Shown: in pieces, positions 43,401 through 54,084 of the stretch
How the letters are laid out: every line of letters starts with the position of its first letter
Numbering within the stretch: the first letter of the stretch is position 1
Source: Microcoleus sp.
GTDB taxonomy: Bacteria; Cyanobacteriota; Cyanobacteriia; Cyanobacteriales; Microcoleaceae
Length of the DNA stretch: 64,000 bases
NCBI GenBank assembly: GCA_042408215.1
Contig: JAYFMW010000005.1
Span: 512,001-576,000, forward strand
Reading direction: 5' to 3'
Position numbers and translations under genes: made by a program
Notes under the pieces: model-generated
Database searches by the model: none
Seen by the model: only the letters and a program-made list of their open reading frames with translations
Told to the model about the DNA's origin: nothing

Positions 43401-46400
43401 TCGACTGTTTCCGAAATTCCTAATTCTGCGAGAAATCCTGTCGATCCAAAACTGGAAAATTCCCCAGCGACAGAAACCAAAAACTCGAAAGTTTCCGAAA
43501 ATATCATCCCAACTTTCTCATAAAACACTCAACCAGCCATTACAGTTGTCAACTCAATCGACGAAATCACAGGTGACAAAATCGAAAAACTCGTCTTTAT
43601 CCAACCAGACAAACCAGAAATAGCAGCAATCCCAGCAGAATCCACAGACATTCTCACCGGGGAAATTGCAAATACCTCCCCAACACTTATCGATACCCCC
43701 GAAATAGCCAGCGAAACTGCTGAAAATTTCCCGCTAATTTCTCCCGATGAAATTTCCACACTGTGGGAAACTCTCAACAGCATATTAGCCCAACAATTTC
43801 CTCTCATTTCCGAAACAGAATCCATCCAAAATTATCAACCATCCGCATCAGAATACATAGTTACCGACACCCAAACTATTATTCCTGAAATCGCCGTCAC
43901 TGAAAACCATTACTCACAACAATCAGAAAATATCATCGCCGACAGCGACAATCAGCCCCCAACAACCATCGACGAATATCTAAACCCCGACTTCGACTCG
44001 GAAAAAATCACAATTACTCCCGCAATACCATCAGACGAAAACCAGCCAGACAACTCACTTCATAGCATCACCGACTCCGAAACCGAATCCCAAACAAACA
44101 TCAACGAATACACAATCACCAACACAGAAACCCAACCAGAAAAAACCCCCAACTTCCCCCAACAAACCCAACCATTAATCGGAATCATCGACACCGGCTT
44201 TGTCGCCAACAATCCCAACATCGACTACAGCCAAATTAGACTCGGAAAAGACGTAATCGAGGGCGACAACAATCCCCTACTCCAACCAAACCAACGAAAC
44301 CAACACGGAAACACAATATTAGAAATTATCAGCGCCTCCAACAATCAAAGCGACACCAAAAAATCGACTTCAATTTGGTTAGGAAGAGCAACTGGTTCCG
44401 GCAACTGGCATCAATCTCTGATAGAATTTGTAGATGTCGCCAAAGCCTCAAAACAACCCAACGCCGTCGTCAACCTCAGCTTCGACTTAACCCAAATCAA
44501 TCCCAACGGTACAGAAACCACACGCTACCAACTCACACCCGAAGAAAAATCAGCACTTAAATACGCCCTTGACAACAACATCCTGATTGTAGCAGCCGCC
44601 GGTAACGAAGGGGCTCTGGTCTCCGCACTCGGACAAGCCTCCACAGAATTCGACAACATCATCACAGTCGGCGCATCCGAAAACAACAACCGCAGCGCCT
44701 ATTCCAGCTACGGAGAAGGCTTGGATATTTTAGCACAAATCAGCCTTCCAGAAACAGCAGAAACTGCAACAACTGAAACAAAACAAGGCACATCAATAGC
44801 AGCAGCCCTCGTCACAAACACCATCTCCCAAATGTGGGAAGCCAACCCATCCCTCAACCGCCAACAAATCAAAAACATCCTCCTCAAAACAGCCACCGAC
44901 ATCGACGTACCCGAATGGGACGAAAGGACAGGATACGGCATCTTAAACCGCGAATTAGCAATTGCTACCGCCACCAAAACAATCCCCACAATCCCAGTAT
45001 TTGCAGCCACCAAACACTTGACAAAATCCCTAATTAATGCTGATTCAAATGTCAGCAACACTCCCAACAATACCACAGCCAAACCCTCAGAAAGACCAAC
45101 CGCAACCAACCCCCCAGCCAACACACCAAAGACTACCAGCACCTCAACCGGAGACTACAACCAAGGTACTAACTCCTACAGCACAGAATTACCCCGAAAC
45201 ACAACCACCACTAATAGCAACTCAAACGGTACAAAGAGCACAAACACTCAAACCACCAACAACTACTCACACACAGATTCCAACTGGGATAAAAGCCGCA
45301 CCCGTACCAACAGTAACAGCAACTCATTCTATGAACAGACAACAGATACAAACACCACAGCCAGGGACTACACAGACAAAAACTTTTCCCTCTACTCAAT
45401 AGAAAACACAAATAAATCCCAGGAAAACTACAGCCGAGTTAAATACGAAGGCACTCGCAACGACCAAAGCTCATCCAATCAGAAATGGCGCTCATCTAGA
45501 AACTATACCAGTCCTTCACAAACTATAAAGACATCTGCCGAAAGTTACCGAAACAACAAAGCTCAATCAGACGTCAAATACGACGGTAACTATGCAGCCA
45601 GTAACTCCAGCAGCCAAGAAGAATCAGGTTCAAAATCAACCACAAACAATAGCTATACTGACAAAAATTACAATTCCGTCAGTAACAGTTCAACCCAAAA
45701 TCAAGGAAAAGCCAACTGGACTAATAGCAGCAACGGCAACAATTCCATCAGCACTTATAGCGGAAACAATGCCGAAGTCAATCAATCCAATTCTCACACC
45801 AAAAGTAGCAGCGATTTCTCCAAAAACAGCAACAGCAACGACAACCGTACAATAATCAATTACACCTGGGACAATACTACAACCAACGGCAAAACCGTCG
45901 GCAGCAGTACCCGCGATACTTATTCGGAAGGGAACAGTAATGCTAACACCAGTTACGATGATGGCAAATCAAACAATAAGAGCAACACAGATACATATAC
46001 CCAGAATCAGTCCCAGGAAACTAATAGTAGCAACGGCACTAACTCTTGGAGTAACAATCGAAATAATGGTTACTCAGTAACTCAGGGGCAACAGCACAGA
46101 AAGTTACAAAAACGGGCCGGATACTAGAAACCACAGTCGAGATAATTATTCAGTCAGTAAATCGAACTCTTCCAGCAGTAACAGTGCCGGAAAACCGAGT
46201 TCTAAAAACCAACAAGAAGATTATTCAGAGAGTCAAGACAAGTGGGATAGCGAGTATAAAGCTGATACTTATACAACCAAAACTAACAGTGACCAATCGA
46301 CAATAACGGCGAGTAAAAGTAACAGCAGCACCGATGGTAATAATACCACCTCATCTAACAGTAGCGATACCTTAACTACTCGGAATTCACAGACAATCAC

Positions 46401-47886
46401 AACTTACAAGGATGGTCGAAAAGAAGAAAATGGCAGTTCGAGTTACGAGAAATGGTCGAGGGATAGCAGTTATGATAGTAAAGGTGTAGTTAGTGACGTT
46501 TACAAGAGTTCTAGCTGGACTTCGAGTTACAGCAAGAATTACTTTAAAGGAGGTTACAGTTGGACGGAAACTATCAGCGGTTACGATTCGGAATCGGTAA
46601 CTAAAAGAGCTGTTTATACGAGTAGTGGCAGTAGTTGGAGTTGGACGAGAAGCGGGACTGTGTGGGATGATGGTCGGAATGATTGGAGTGAAAGTTGGTC
46701 TAAGTCTAGTTGGAAAGATGGCAAGTATGGTCAGAGTGAATCCGAGTCGAAAAGGGGAGGATTCGATCCGAAGAAAACAGGGACGCAGGTGAATGATGTA
46801 CCGAAATTTGGGGAAGCGCCGCGGTTGAATAAGGCTCCGAAAAAACAGGTGCCGCCGGATTTGACGAAGCAGCCGAAGCCGAGCGATGATATTTGGAAGT
46901 TGCCGACTGTTATTCTTAAGGAACCTCAGTTTAAAGATGTTTTTGGTAGTGGTGGATCTAATTCTTCTTCAGGTGGGAGTGGGAAGGATAATTTTCCTGA
47001 TAATTGGTTTGGTGGTTCTGGTGGTGGCAACCCACCAAATCAGGACAAAATACAAAAATTTCTCCGCGAATTTCGTAGAGTAATGGCACAGGGAAAACGT
47101 GCTGTCATAGATTTTCTCAAAGGATTCATTTACCACTCTCTGATAAATGGCGTCGGTATCCTCAAGGATGTAGCTGACCTCTTGTACCCACCAGGAGCAA
47201 AATCCCATGCTGAAATTGAGGCATATTACCGGAATAATCTGAGTTTTCAGGCAGGAAGAGCTATCGCCAATGGATTAACTTTTCTAGCGGGAATACTAGG
47301 GATTTTGTTGATCGGACTGACTATTGGAGGTAGTGGTGGTAGTGCTTTAGTGGCAGCGCCCGCACAGGTAGCAGCGCTAGTAGCTGCTGGTAATATGACG
47401 GCAGCTAGTGCGCGAGATATCCTCACCATAGTAAGTCAATTTTTTCAGGTTAATTCTGGGAACGCTGCTGGTACTTTTCATCCGGGCGCGCGTACATTAA
47501 CTGATGAAGAATCATTATCACAGGGTTTGCGGGTTCATAATAGACCACAATTTTCAGAAAAAAATATGCAGGGTGCATTGCCAAATCCGTCTGGTCAGGC
47601 AGGACATGCGAATAGTAAGCATGAATTTTCTAAGCAGCTACAAGCTGATATCATCAACAAACCAGAGCGTGTGTTTATCGGGATCAACGATAATGGTCGG
47701 CAAGTTACTGTATTCTATAAGGACGGGAACGTAGTTATCACTCAAGATAATGATTTTACTCGCGTCATCACTGCATACGGTCGTAGCGCAATCAGTAAAT
47801 CATCAGGGGGTCAAGTCAGACCAGGAACGCCTGTCTCTCCTAATAGATGGATGAATAGCCCCAATTATTTGGAAATCAGTAAGTGA
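40470..47886 (+). pseudogene. Giant (~2470 codons) repeat / S8 subtilase / Ser-Asn-Thr-rich / C-terminal toxin-like gene, with one in-frame stop (43521) and one frameshift (GGGG at 46085)
   Basis: The frame of 40470 continues past TAA through IGIIDTG, QHGNT, AAAGNEG and QGTS (S8 D/H/N/S) into ORF 44721..46127. Removing one G joins ORF 46660..47886. Confidence 0.8.
41019..43497 (+). repeat. Coding tandem repeat, 84-bp (28-aa) unit, ~29.5 copies
   Basis: ENSP/EKSP starts at 41019 and 43455 are exactly 29x84 bp apart. Confidence 0.95.
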
Positions 47887-47905
47887 GTATCTTGGAGGTC
47901 AAAAT

Positions 47906-48373
47906 ATGAACCCAATTCTCGAACAAAAGCTTTGGAATGCAGGAAAATATGCAGAAGCATATACCCAAGAAATATGGCAGGAAATTATTGATGCAATCCT
48001 TGATGAATTTCAAAATTTTCTGGGACAGGATTTTCACCGAGATCCTGAAATTAGGTTAGATATCAAATATCCAAATTCCCCATCATTTGGTCGATGGCTC
48101 TGGACTGGAGAGAGAGAAGATGCTCCTTTGCATACAGCATGGTCGGCTGTTATTGGCGGGGATATGGTAGGAACTGAAAGCGGGGAAGATCTTTTTCATG
48201 TTAGTCTTACTTTATTTGTGTTCGACGTGACTAGCAAAAAGCGTTTATGCTTACAAACTGGTGAGAGCTTCCTTGAGTTTGTTTTTGAAAAACAATCCGA
48301 TAGTCATGGATATTGGCGTACTTTGGGGTGGTTTAAGGATGAATGGGGTGAGTGGGAGGATGTTCAATTTTAA
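47906..48373 (+). CDS. Putative immunity protein
   Basis: Small acidic, Trp-rich ORF with GGAGG RBS, 19 nt downstream of the toxin-like C-terminus. Confidence 0.6.
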   Translation: MNPILEQKLWNAGKYAEAYTQEIWQEIIDAILDEFQNFLGQDFHRDPEIRLDIKYPNSPSFGRWLWTGEREDAPLHTAWSAVIGGDMVGTESGEDLFHVSLTLFVFDVTSKKRLCLQTGESFLEFVFEKQSDSHGYWRTLGWFKDEWGEWEDVQF

Positions 48374-48386
48374 ATTTGCATCTCCC

Positions 48387-48616
48387 GCTCGCGCACAACT
48401 TCCTTTGAATTGATCGACCGGGGCGGGCTAGTCATTTTGTGCGATCGAATTATTGTCGATAGTTTGAGCTGAAATGGCGCTCGCACTTGGGAACAATTTC
48501 CTTTTAGTCGATCGCCCGTTTTTAGGTGATTTTCTGTTTCGGGCGATCGTACACAGAGTACAACTTCCTTTCAGTACATCGCCCACTTTGAGATAATTTT
48601 CTATTTCGGGCGATCG
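48387..48616. repeat. Degenerate ~66-67-bp direct repeats bounded by HIP1-like sites
   Basis: Units at 48477 and 48543 share ACAAyTTCCTTTyAGT..ATCGCCC..TTT.AG.T.ATTTTCT.TTTCGGGCGATCG; a partial unit lies at ~48387. Confidence 0.7.
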
Positions 48617-48909
48617 GGCGATCGAACTTTTGGATGACGGGCGATCGCCCGATCGCAGTCTATCGCCCCGGATGACCCCGATTCCCATATAAATAAAAAA
48701 TTTAGTTATTTTGAATACAATTCCCGACTCAACAGTCGATCGCACCTCTCAATTTTGTCTGGGGATCTAAAGTTCACCTAAAGTTCCATGCCCGATCGCA
48801 AAACCCTCCCTAAGATAGAAGTTGCAGGACGATCGGTCTCATCGCCGATTCAGCAACACCTGAAAAATCCCAAACGAGGGAGCCACAAGACAGGGAGGAC
48901 ATCAAAATC

Positions 48910-49983
48910 ATGGTAAACGCGCCGACAGGAGAAACCCGCCTAGGCCCGATCGCTCAGGTGCAAGCCTTAGACCGCGATTGCACGACTCTATCCCGTCACG
49001 TACTCCAGCAACTCCAAAGCTTTTCAGCAGATGCTCAGGATCTGAGCGCGCTGATGAATCGGATCGGACTAGCAGCCAAGCTGATCGCCAGGCGACTTAG
49101 CAGAGCCGGGTTAATGGAAGATGCTTTAGGGTTTACAGGGGCTGTAAACGTGCAGGGAGAATCCGTCAAACATATGGATATCTATGCCAATGAAGTGTTT
49201 ATCTCCGTATTTCAGCAAAGTGGACTTGTCTGCCGCTTGGCTTCGGAGGAAATGGAAAAACCCTATTATATTCCCGAAAATTGTCCGATCGGGCGCTACA
49301 GTCTCCTCTATGACCCCATAGACGGTTCTTCCAATCTTGACATCAATCTCAACGTCGGCTCAATCTTTAGCATCCGCAAGCAAGAGGGGGACGATGAAGA
49401 CGGTTCTGCTTCCGATTTGCTGCAACACGGACACAAACAAATCGCCGCTGGCTACGTGCTCTACGGGCCCAGTACAATGCTGGTTTATTCGATCGGCCAA
49501 GGCGTTCATTCCTTTACTCTCGACCCCAGTTTGGGCGAGTTTATTCTAGCAACCGAAAACATACAGGTTCCAGACAGCGGCCCGATTTACAGTGTTAATG
49601 AAGGTAGTTTTTGGCAGTGGGATGAATCTTTTCGGGATTATATTCGCTACGTACACCGCAGCGAAGGCTACACCGCCCGGTACGGAGGGGCTTTGGTGGG
49701 AGATTTCCACCGGATTTTGTTTCAAGGAGGCGTGTTTTTGTATCCAGGAACAGTGAAAAAACCCGAAGGCAAATTGCGCTTACTCTACGAGTCGGCTCCT
49801 TTGGCGTTTTTGATGGAGCAAGCCGGCGGGCGGGCTAGTACCGGCATTCAAGACATCTTGGACGTGGTGCCAACTAAAATTCACGAGCGCACGCCCTTGA
49901 TTATCGGCAGCAAAGAAGATGTAGCCCTAGTGGAGTCTTTTATTAAAGATCGATCGCGCAATCCTAGAACACTTGAAGAGTAA
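48910..49983 (+). CDS. fbp: Fructose-1,6-bisphosphatase class 1
   Basis: [31 protein letters not shown]. Confidence 0.96.
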   Translation: MVNAPTGETRLGPIAQVQALDRDCTTLSRHVLQQLQSFSADAQDLSALMNRIGLAAKLIARRLSRAGLMEDALGFTGAVNVQGESVKHMDIYANEVFISVFQQSGLVCRLASEEMEKPYYIPENCPIGRYSLLYDPIDGSSNLDINLNVGSIFSIRKQEGDDEDGSASDLLQHGHKQIAAGYVLYGPSTMLVYSIGQGVHSFTLDPSLGEFILATENIQVPDSGPIYSVNEGSFWQWDESFRDYIRYVHRSEGYTARYGGALVGDFHRILFQGGVFLYPGTVKKPEGKLRLLYESAPLAFLMEQAGGRASTGIQDILDVVPTKIHERTPLIIGSKEDVALVESFIKDRSRNPRTLEE

Positions 49984-50068
49984 GGAAGTTCGGCAACGGA
50001 TTATGTAACGGATGTAACGGATGTAACACCGGGAAGGAAGTTCGGCAACGGATTGTGTAACGGATGTA
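49983..50068 (+). repeat. Short dispersed repeat GGAAGTTCGGCAACGGAT...GTAACGGAT, two tandem copies
   Basis: Also present at ~4568-4612, ~22393-22441 (reverse) and degenerate at ~55452-55500. Confidence 0.8.
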
Positions 50069-50219
50069 ATAGAGGTTAGGAAGCAAGAATGTTTTAATTT
50101 CCAATTGCCAATACTTGGGCTACACGGTTCAGCCAGCGTATTCGAAGGGCCGCACAAGTTCTCAATTTCCAATTTCTAATTCCCAATTATCAAATATCAA
50201 ATTGTAGGAGTTACAGATC

Positions 50220-51377
50220 ATGACAGAAGCAGCGACGAAGAATCACCTGTTAGAAATCGAAGCAATCGGCCAGAGTATCTGGATGGACAATTTGACTCGG
50301 GATCTGATCGAGTCGGGCGAACTCAAAAAGATGATTGAAAGTCGCGGGCTGCGAGGGATTACATCCAATCCGGCTATTTTCGAGAAAGCGATCGCGGGCA
50401 ATGTCATTTACGATGCTGATATCGAAGCTGGCATCCGGGCTGGTAAATCTGTACTCGAAATTTACGAATCTCTAGTGTTTGAAGATATCCGCAATGCTTG
50501 CGATATCTTCGCTCCTGTGTACGAAGAGTCCAAGGGTTTGGACGGCTACATCAGCATTGAAGTGCCACCGACGATCGCCAATGATACAGAAAGCACGATT
50601 AGCGAAGCCTTACGTTATTATCAGGCGATCGGTAAACCAAATGTGATGATCAAGATTCCGGGAACTGCTCAAGGATTGCCGGCAGTGGAACGAGTCATCA
50701 GCGAAGGGATTAACGTTAATGTGACTTTGCTGTTCTCTGTTGACAGCTACGTCGAAACTTTTTGGGCTTATATCCGTGGCTTGGAAGCGCGGGCGGCTAA
50801 GGGTTTGGATGTGAGCAACATCGCCTCTGTTGCCAGTTTCTTCTTGAGCCGGATCGACATCAATATTGACGGCAAAATTGACGAGAAACTCAAAAACGTC
50901 ACCGATATTTCCACCAAAGCCAAACTGGAAGCGGTGAAGGGAAAAATTGCGATCGCCAATGCCAAAGTAGCTTACCAGAAGTATAAAGAGATCGTCGCGA
51001 GCGATCGCTGGCAAGCATTAGCAGCAAAGGGAGCCAAAGTGCAACGGCTGCTGTGGGCGAGTACCAGCACCAAAAACCCCAACTACAGCGATGTCATGTA
51101 CGTCGATGAATTAATCGGCCCAGACACCGTTAACACTTTGCCGCCAAACACCGTTGAGGCTTGTTTCGACCACTGCGATGTCGCACCCCGGATTGAGAGC
51201 AACGTTGAAGAAGCTTACACCCTGATCGAAAGTCTCAAAGATCCAGACATCGACATCAACTTGGACAAAGTGATGGCAGACTTGCTCCTGGACGGGATCG
51301 AGAAATTTGTCAGCCCGTTCCAATCCCTGATGGATTCCTTGGAAGAGAAAGTGCAGAAGCTCGCACCAGTCGCTTAG
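50220..51377 (+). CDS. tal: Transaldolase
   Basis: SIWMDNL, GITSNPAIF, MIKIPGT, NVNVTLLFS, SVASFFLSR, RLLWAST. Confidence 0.96.
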   Translation: MTEAATKNHLLEIEAIGQSIWMDNLTRDLIESGELKKMIESRGLRGITSNPAIFEKAIAGNVIYDADIEAGIRAGKSVLEIYESLVFEDIRNACDIFAPVYEESKGLDGYISIEVPPTIANDTESTISEALRYYQAIGKPNVMIKIPGTAQGLPAVERVISEGINVNVTLLFSVDSYVETFWAYIRGLEARAAKGLDVSNIASVASFFLSRIDINIDGKIDEKLKNVTDISTKAKLEAVKGKIAIANAKVAYQKYKEIVASDRWQALAAKGAKVQRLLWASTSTKNPNYSDVMYVDELIGPDTVNTLPPNTVEACFDHCDVAPRIESNVEEAYTLIESLKDPDIDINLDKVMADLLLDGIEKFVSPFQSLMDSLEEKVQKLAPVA

Positions 51378-51468
51378 GCAGATATCTGTATCCTTGAAGG
51401 CAGAAGCATTTGGGATTCGCAATAGATAATTGTTTTGCTTCCTAAATGCTGAGATTTAAATTCTCTCT

Positions 51469-51502
51469 AGGAAAAATGAGCGCAATTGCGCTCATTTTTC
51501 CT
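51469..51502. promoter_or_regulatory. Perfect 34-bp palindrome, candidate operator
   Basis: AGGAAAAATGAGCGCAA|TTGCGCTCATTTTTCCT; the 18-bp core recurs at 51856-51873. Confidence 0.6.
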
Positions 51503-51590
51503 CCAAAGGAAAATCTCTTCTGTCCTCTAACAGGAATCTAGTCAGATATACAACTCAAATTCTCCATTTCCAACCGCTGAGGCATTTACT

Positions 51591-52394
51591 ATGCAGATTA
51601 CCAATACTCTAGAGAGCGAGTACGTAACCGACGAACTTGATGTCGCCGAACGGGCGAGGCTTCAAGAACTGGAATCAATTGTCGAAAATGGACTTCAGAT
51701 ATTTTACGAAGTTGGCAAAGCCCTTGACGAGATTCGCGAACAGAAACTATACAGGGAAACCCACAAAAGTTTTGAGGCTTATTGCCGGGAAAGGTGGGCT
51801 ATAGCTAGACGGACAGCGGATCAGTTTATTGGTGCGGCTCGGGTTATAGAAAATTTGAGCGCAATTGCGCTCAAAATTCCTACCAAAGAAAATCAAGTCC
51901 GTCCTTTAACAGGATTATCGCCAGAACTCCAACTCGAAATTTGGCAAGAGGCTCTATCGTTATCGCCCAATGGTATGCCTACTGGTGCAGCAGTTCAGCG
52001 CTTGGTTGATGAGCGATTTCCATCCCTAGGAAGCGGACGATCGCCTAAAGAGAGTGATTCAGAATTGGAGAAGTTGCGATCGGACAATAAACGGCTTAGA
52101 GAGGAAATCCGACAGCAAAACAGAGACAGGGATCGGCGTGCTGCTGCTGTGGCTTTGGAAATGGAGCAACTGCGATCCGAAAACAGGCAGTTAAAAGCTG
52201 AACTGCTACAGCGCGATAAAGATTGGGAAATCCGTCTGGCGGTTGAAAGGAGAAAAATTCGAGAAGAAGTTAGAGCGGAACTCAAGGCAGAATATGAAGG
52301 GCAGATCAACTCCCTCACCCAACAACTGGCAGAAATGACAAAAAACTATCAATCTGTATTGGCAAGACTCACAGCTTTAGAAGGAGCGAAATAG
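51591..52394 (+). CDS. Hypothetical DNA-binding-like protein with C-terminal coiled coil, located between tal and zwf
   Basis: FYEVGKALDEIREQKLYRETHKSFEAYCRERW...RRTADQFIGAA helical domain of a type seen in phage/plasmid proteins; long heptad-rich C-terminus. Confidence 0.75.
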   Translation: MQITNTLESEYVTDELDVAERARLQELESIVENGLQIFYEVGKALDEIREQKLYRETHKSFEAYCRERWAIARRTADQFIGAARVIENLSAIALKIPTKENQVRPLTGLSPELQLEIWQEALSLSPNGMPTGAAVQRLVDERFPSLGSGRSPKESDSELEKLRSDNKRLREEIRQQNRDRDRRAAAVALEMEQLRSENRQLKAELLQRDKDWEIRLAVERRKIREEVRAELKAEYEGQINSLTQQLAEMTKNYQSVLARLTALEGAK

Positions 52395-52397
52395 ACA

Positions 52398-53927
52398 ATG
52401 GTGACAATTCTTGAAAACCCGCTGCGGGTAGGTTTGCGAAAAGAACGAGTGCCAGAACCACAAATTCTGGTCATCTTCGGAGCTTCCGGGGATCTCACCC
52501 AGCGCAAACTCGTACCAGCAATTTATCAGATGAAGCGCGATCGACGCCTGCCACCAGAAACTACCGTGGTGGGAGTGGCACGCCGCCCTTGGAGTCACGA
52601 TTATTTCCGAGAGCAAATGCGCGAAGGCATCGACGAATTTGGCGGTGGTATTGGGAATCAAGAAATTTGGCAAGATTTTGCTCAGGGTTTGTTCTACTTT
52701 CCCGGCGACATAGACAACCCCGAAAGCTATCAAAAACTCAAAGCCTTCCTAGAAGAACTCGACCAACAAAGGAGAACCCGCGGCAACCACATATTTTATC
52801 TTTCCGTTTCCCCCAACTTCTTTCCCGAAGCGATTCGGCAATTGGGGGCAGCTCAAATGCTTACAGACCCCCTGAAGCACCGCTTAGTGATTGAAAAACC
52901 TTTCGGCCGCGATTTGAGTTCGGCAAAAGCTCTAAATCGAGTAGTGCAGCAGGTTTGTCAAGAACAGCAAGTTTATCGGATTGACCACTATTTGGGTAAA
53001 GAAACTGTTCAGAATCTGATGGTGTTCCGGTTTGCGAATGCAATTTTCGAGCCACTGTGGAACCGCCAATTTGTCGATCACGTACAAATTACAGTGGCAG
53101 AAACAGTAGGGGTAGAAGACAGAGCAGGTTACTACGAATCCTCTGGGGCTTTGCGGGATATGCTGCAAAACCATTTGATGCAGATTTTTTGTCTGACAGC
53201 GATGGAACCGCCAAACTCCTTAGACGCTGACAGCATCCGTACTGAAAAGATGAAAGTTCTGCAAGCAACACGCTTAGCTGACTTGCATAACTTAGAGAAT
53301 TCCGCAATCCGTGGCCAGTATTCCGCCGGCTGGATGAAAGGCAAACCAGTGCCCGGATACCGCACCGAACCAGGAGTGAATCCTAACTCGATGACCCCAA
53401 CCTTCGTGGCGATGAAATTTATGATTGACAACTGGCGCTGGCAGGGAGTGCCTTTTTACCTACGCACCGGCAAGCGATTGCCCAAAAAAGTCAGCGAAAT
53501 AGCGATTCAGTTCCGCGAAGTGCCACTGTTAATTTTTCAGTCTGCCGCTCAACAAACTACTCCCAACGTTTTGACAATGCGCGTGCATCCCAATGAGGGG
53601 ATTTCACTGAGGTTTGAGGCGAAAATGCCGGGGCCAGATTTGCGGACGCGGACGGTGGATATGGATTTCAGTTACGGTTCTTCCTTTGGGGTGACTTCTT
53701 CGGACGCTTACGATCGACTTTTGATTGACTGTATGTTAGGCGACCAAACCTTGTTCACTCGTTCTGATGAAGTCGAAGAAGCTTGGCGCGTTGTGACACC
53801 AGCACTGATGGCCTGGGAAGCACCGAGCGATCCTGCCCTGGTGCCTCAGTATGAAGCAGGTACCTGGGAACCCGCCGAGGCAGAACTGCTAATTAATCGA
53901 GACGGTCGTAAGTGGCGCAGACTGTAA
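52398..53927 (+). CDS. zwf: Glucose-6-phosphate 1-dehydrogenase
   Basis: [32 protein letters not shown]. Confidence 0.97.
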   Translation: MVTILENPLRVGLRKERVPEPQILVIFGASGDLTQRKLVPAIYQMKRDRRLPPETTVVGVARRPWSHDYFREQMREGIDEFGGGIGNQEIWQDFAQGLFYFPGDIDNPESYQKLKAFLEELDQQRRTRGNHIFYLSVSPNFFPEAIRQLGAAQMLTDPLKHRLVIEKPFGRDLSSAKALNRVVQQVCQEQQVYRIDHYLGKETVQNLMVFRFANAIFEPLWNRQFVDHVQITVAETVGVEDRAGYYESSGALRDMLQNHLMQIFCLTAMEPPNSLDADSIRTEKMKVLQATRLADLHNLENSAIRGQYSAGWMKGKPVPGYRTEPGVNPNSMTPTFVAMKFMIDNWRWQGVPFYLRTGKRLPKKVSEIAIQFREVPLLIFQSAAQQTTPNVLTMRVHPNEGISLRFEAKMPGPDLRTRTVDMDFSYGSSFGVTSSDAYDRLLIDCMLGDQTLFTRSDEVEEAWRVVTPALMAWEAPSDPALVPQYEAGTWEPAEAELLINRDGRKWRRL

Positions 53928-54061
53928 TAGTCATTAGTCAGCAGTCATTAGTCATTAGTTTATTGGTCAGCACCAGTCATTAGCGATTAGCTAAGAACTG
54001 CTAACTAAGAACTGCTAACTAATGACTAATGACTAATGACTAATGACTAATGACTAATGAC
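53928..54061. repeat. Opposed STRR runs (TAGTCAT then AATGACT)
   Basis: Complementary heptamer runs able to fold back on each other. Confidence 0.8.
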
Positions 54062-54084
54062 AAATAAAAAAGGAGAAAAAACCG

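Noticed and set aside
41019..43497. Possible CRISPR array
   Set aside because: Contiguous in-frame coding repeats with no unique spacers and no cas genes.
40962..43623. Long alternative-frame and antisense ORFs (e.g. 587 aa, 429 aa)
   Set aside because: By-products of a stop-poor 84-bp tandem repeat.
30197..48690. Prophage or integrase-driven island
   Set aside because: No integrase, structural, replication or tRNA-att features; boundaries are duplicated host gene segments.
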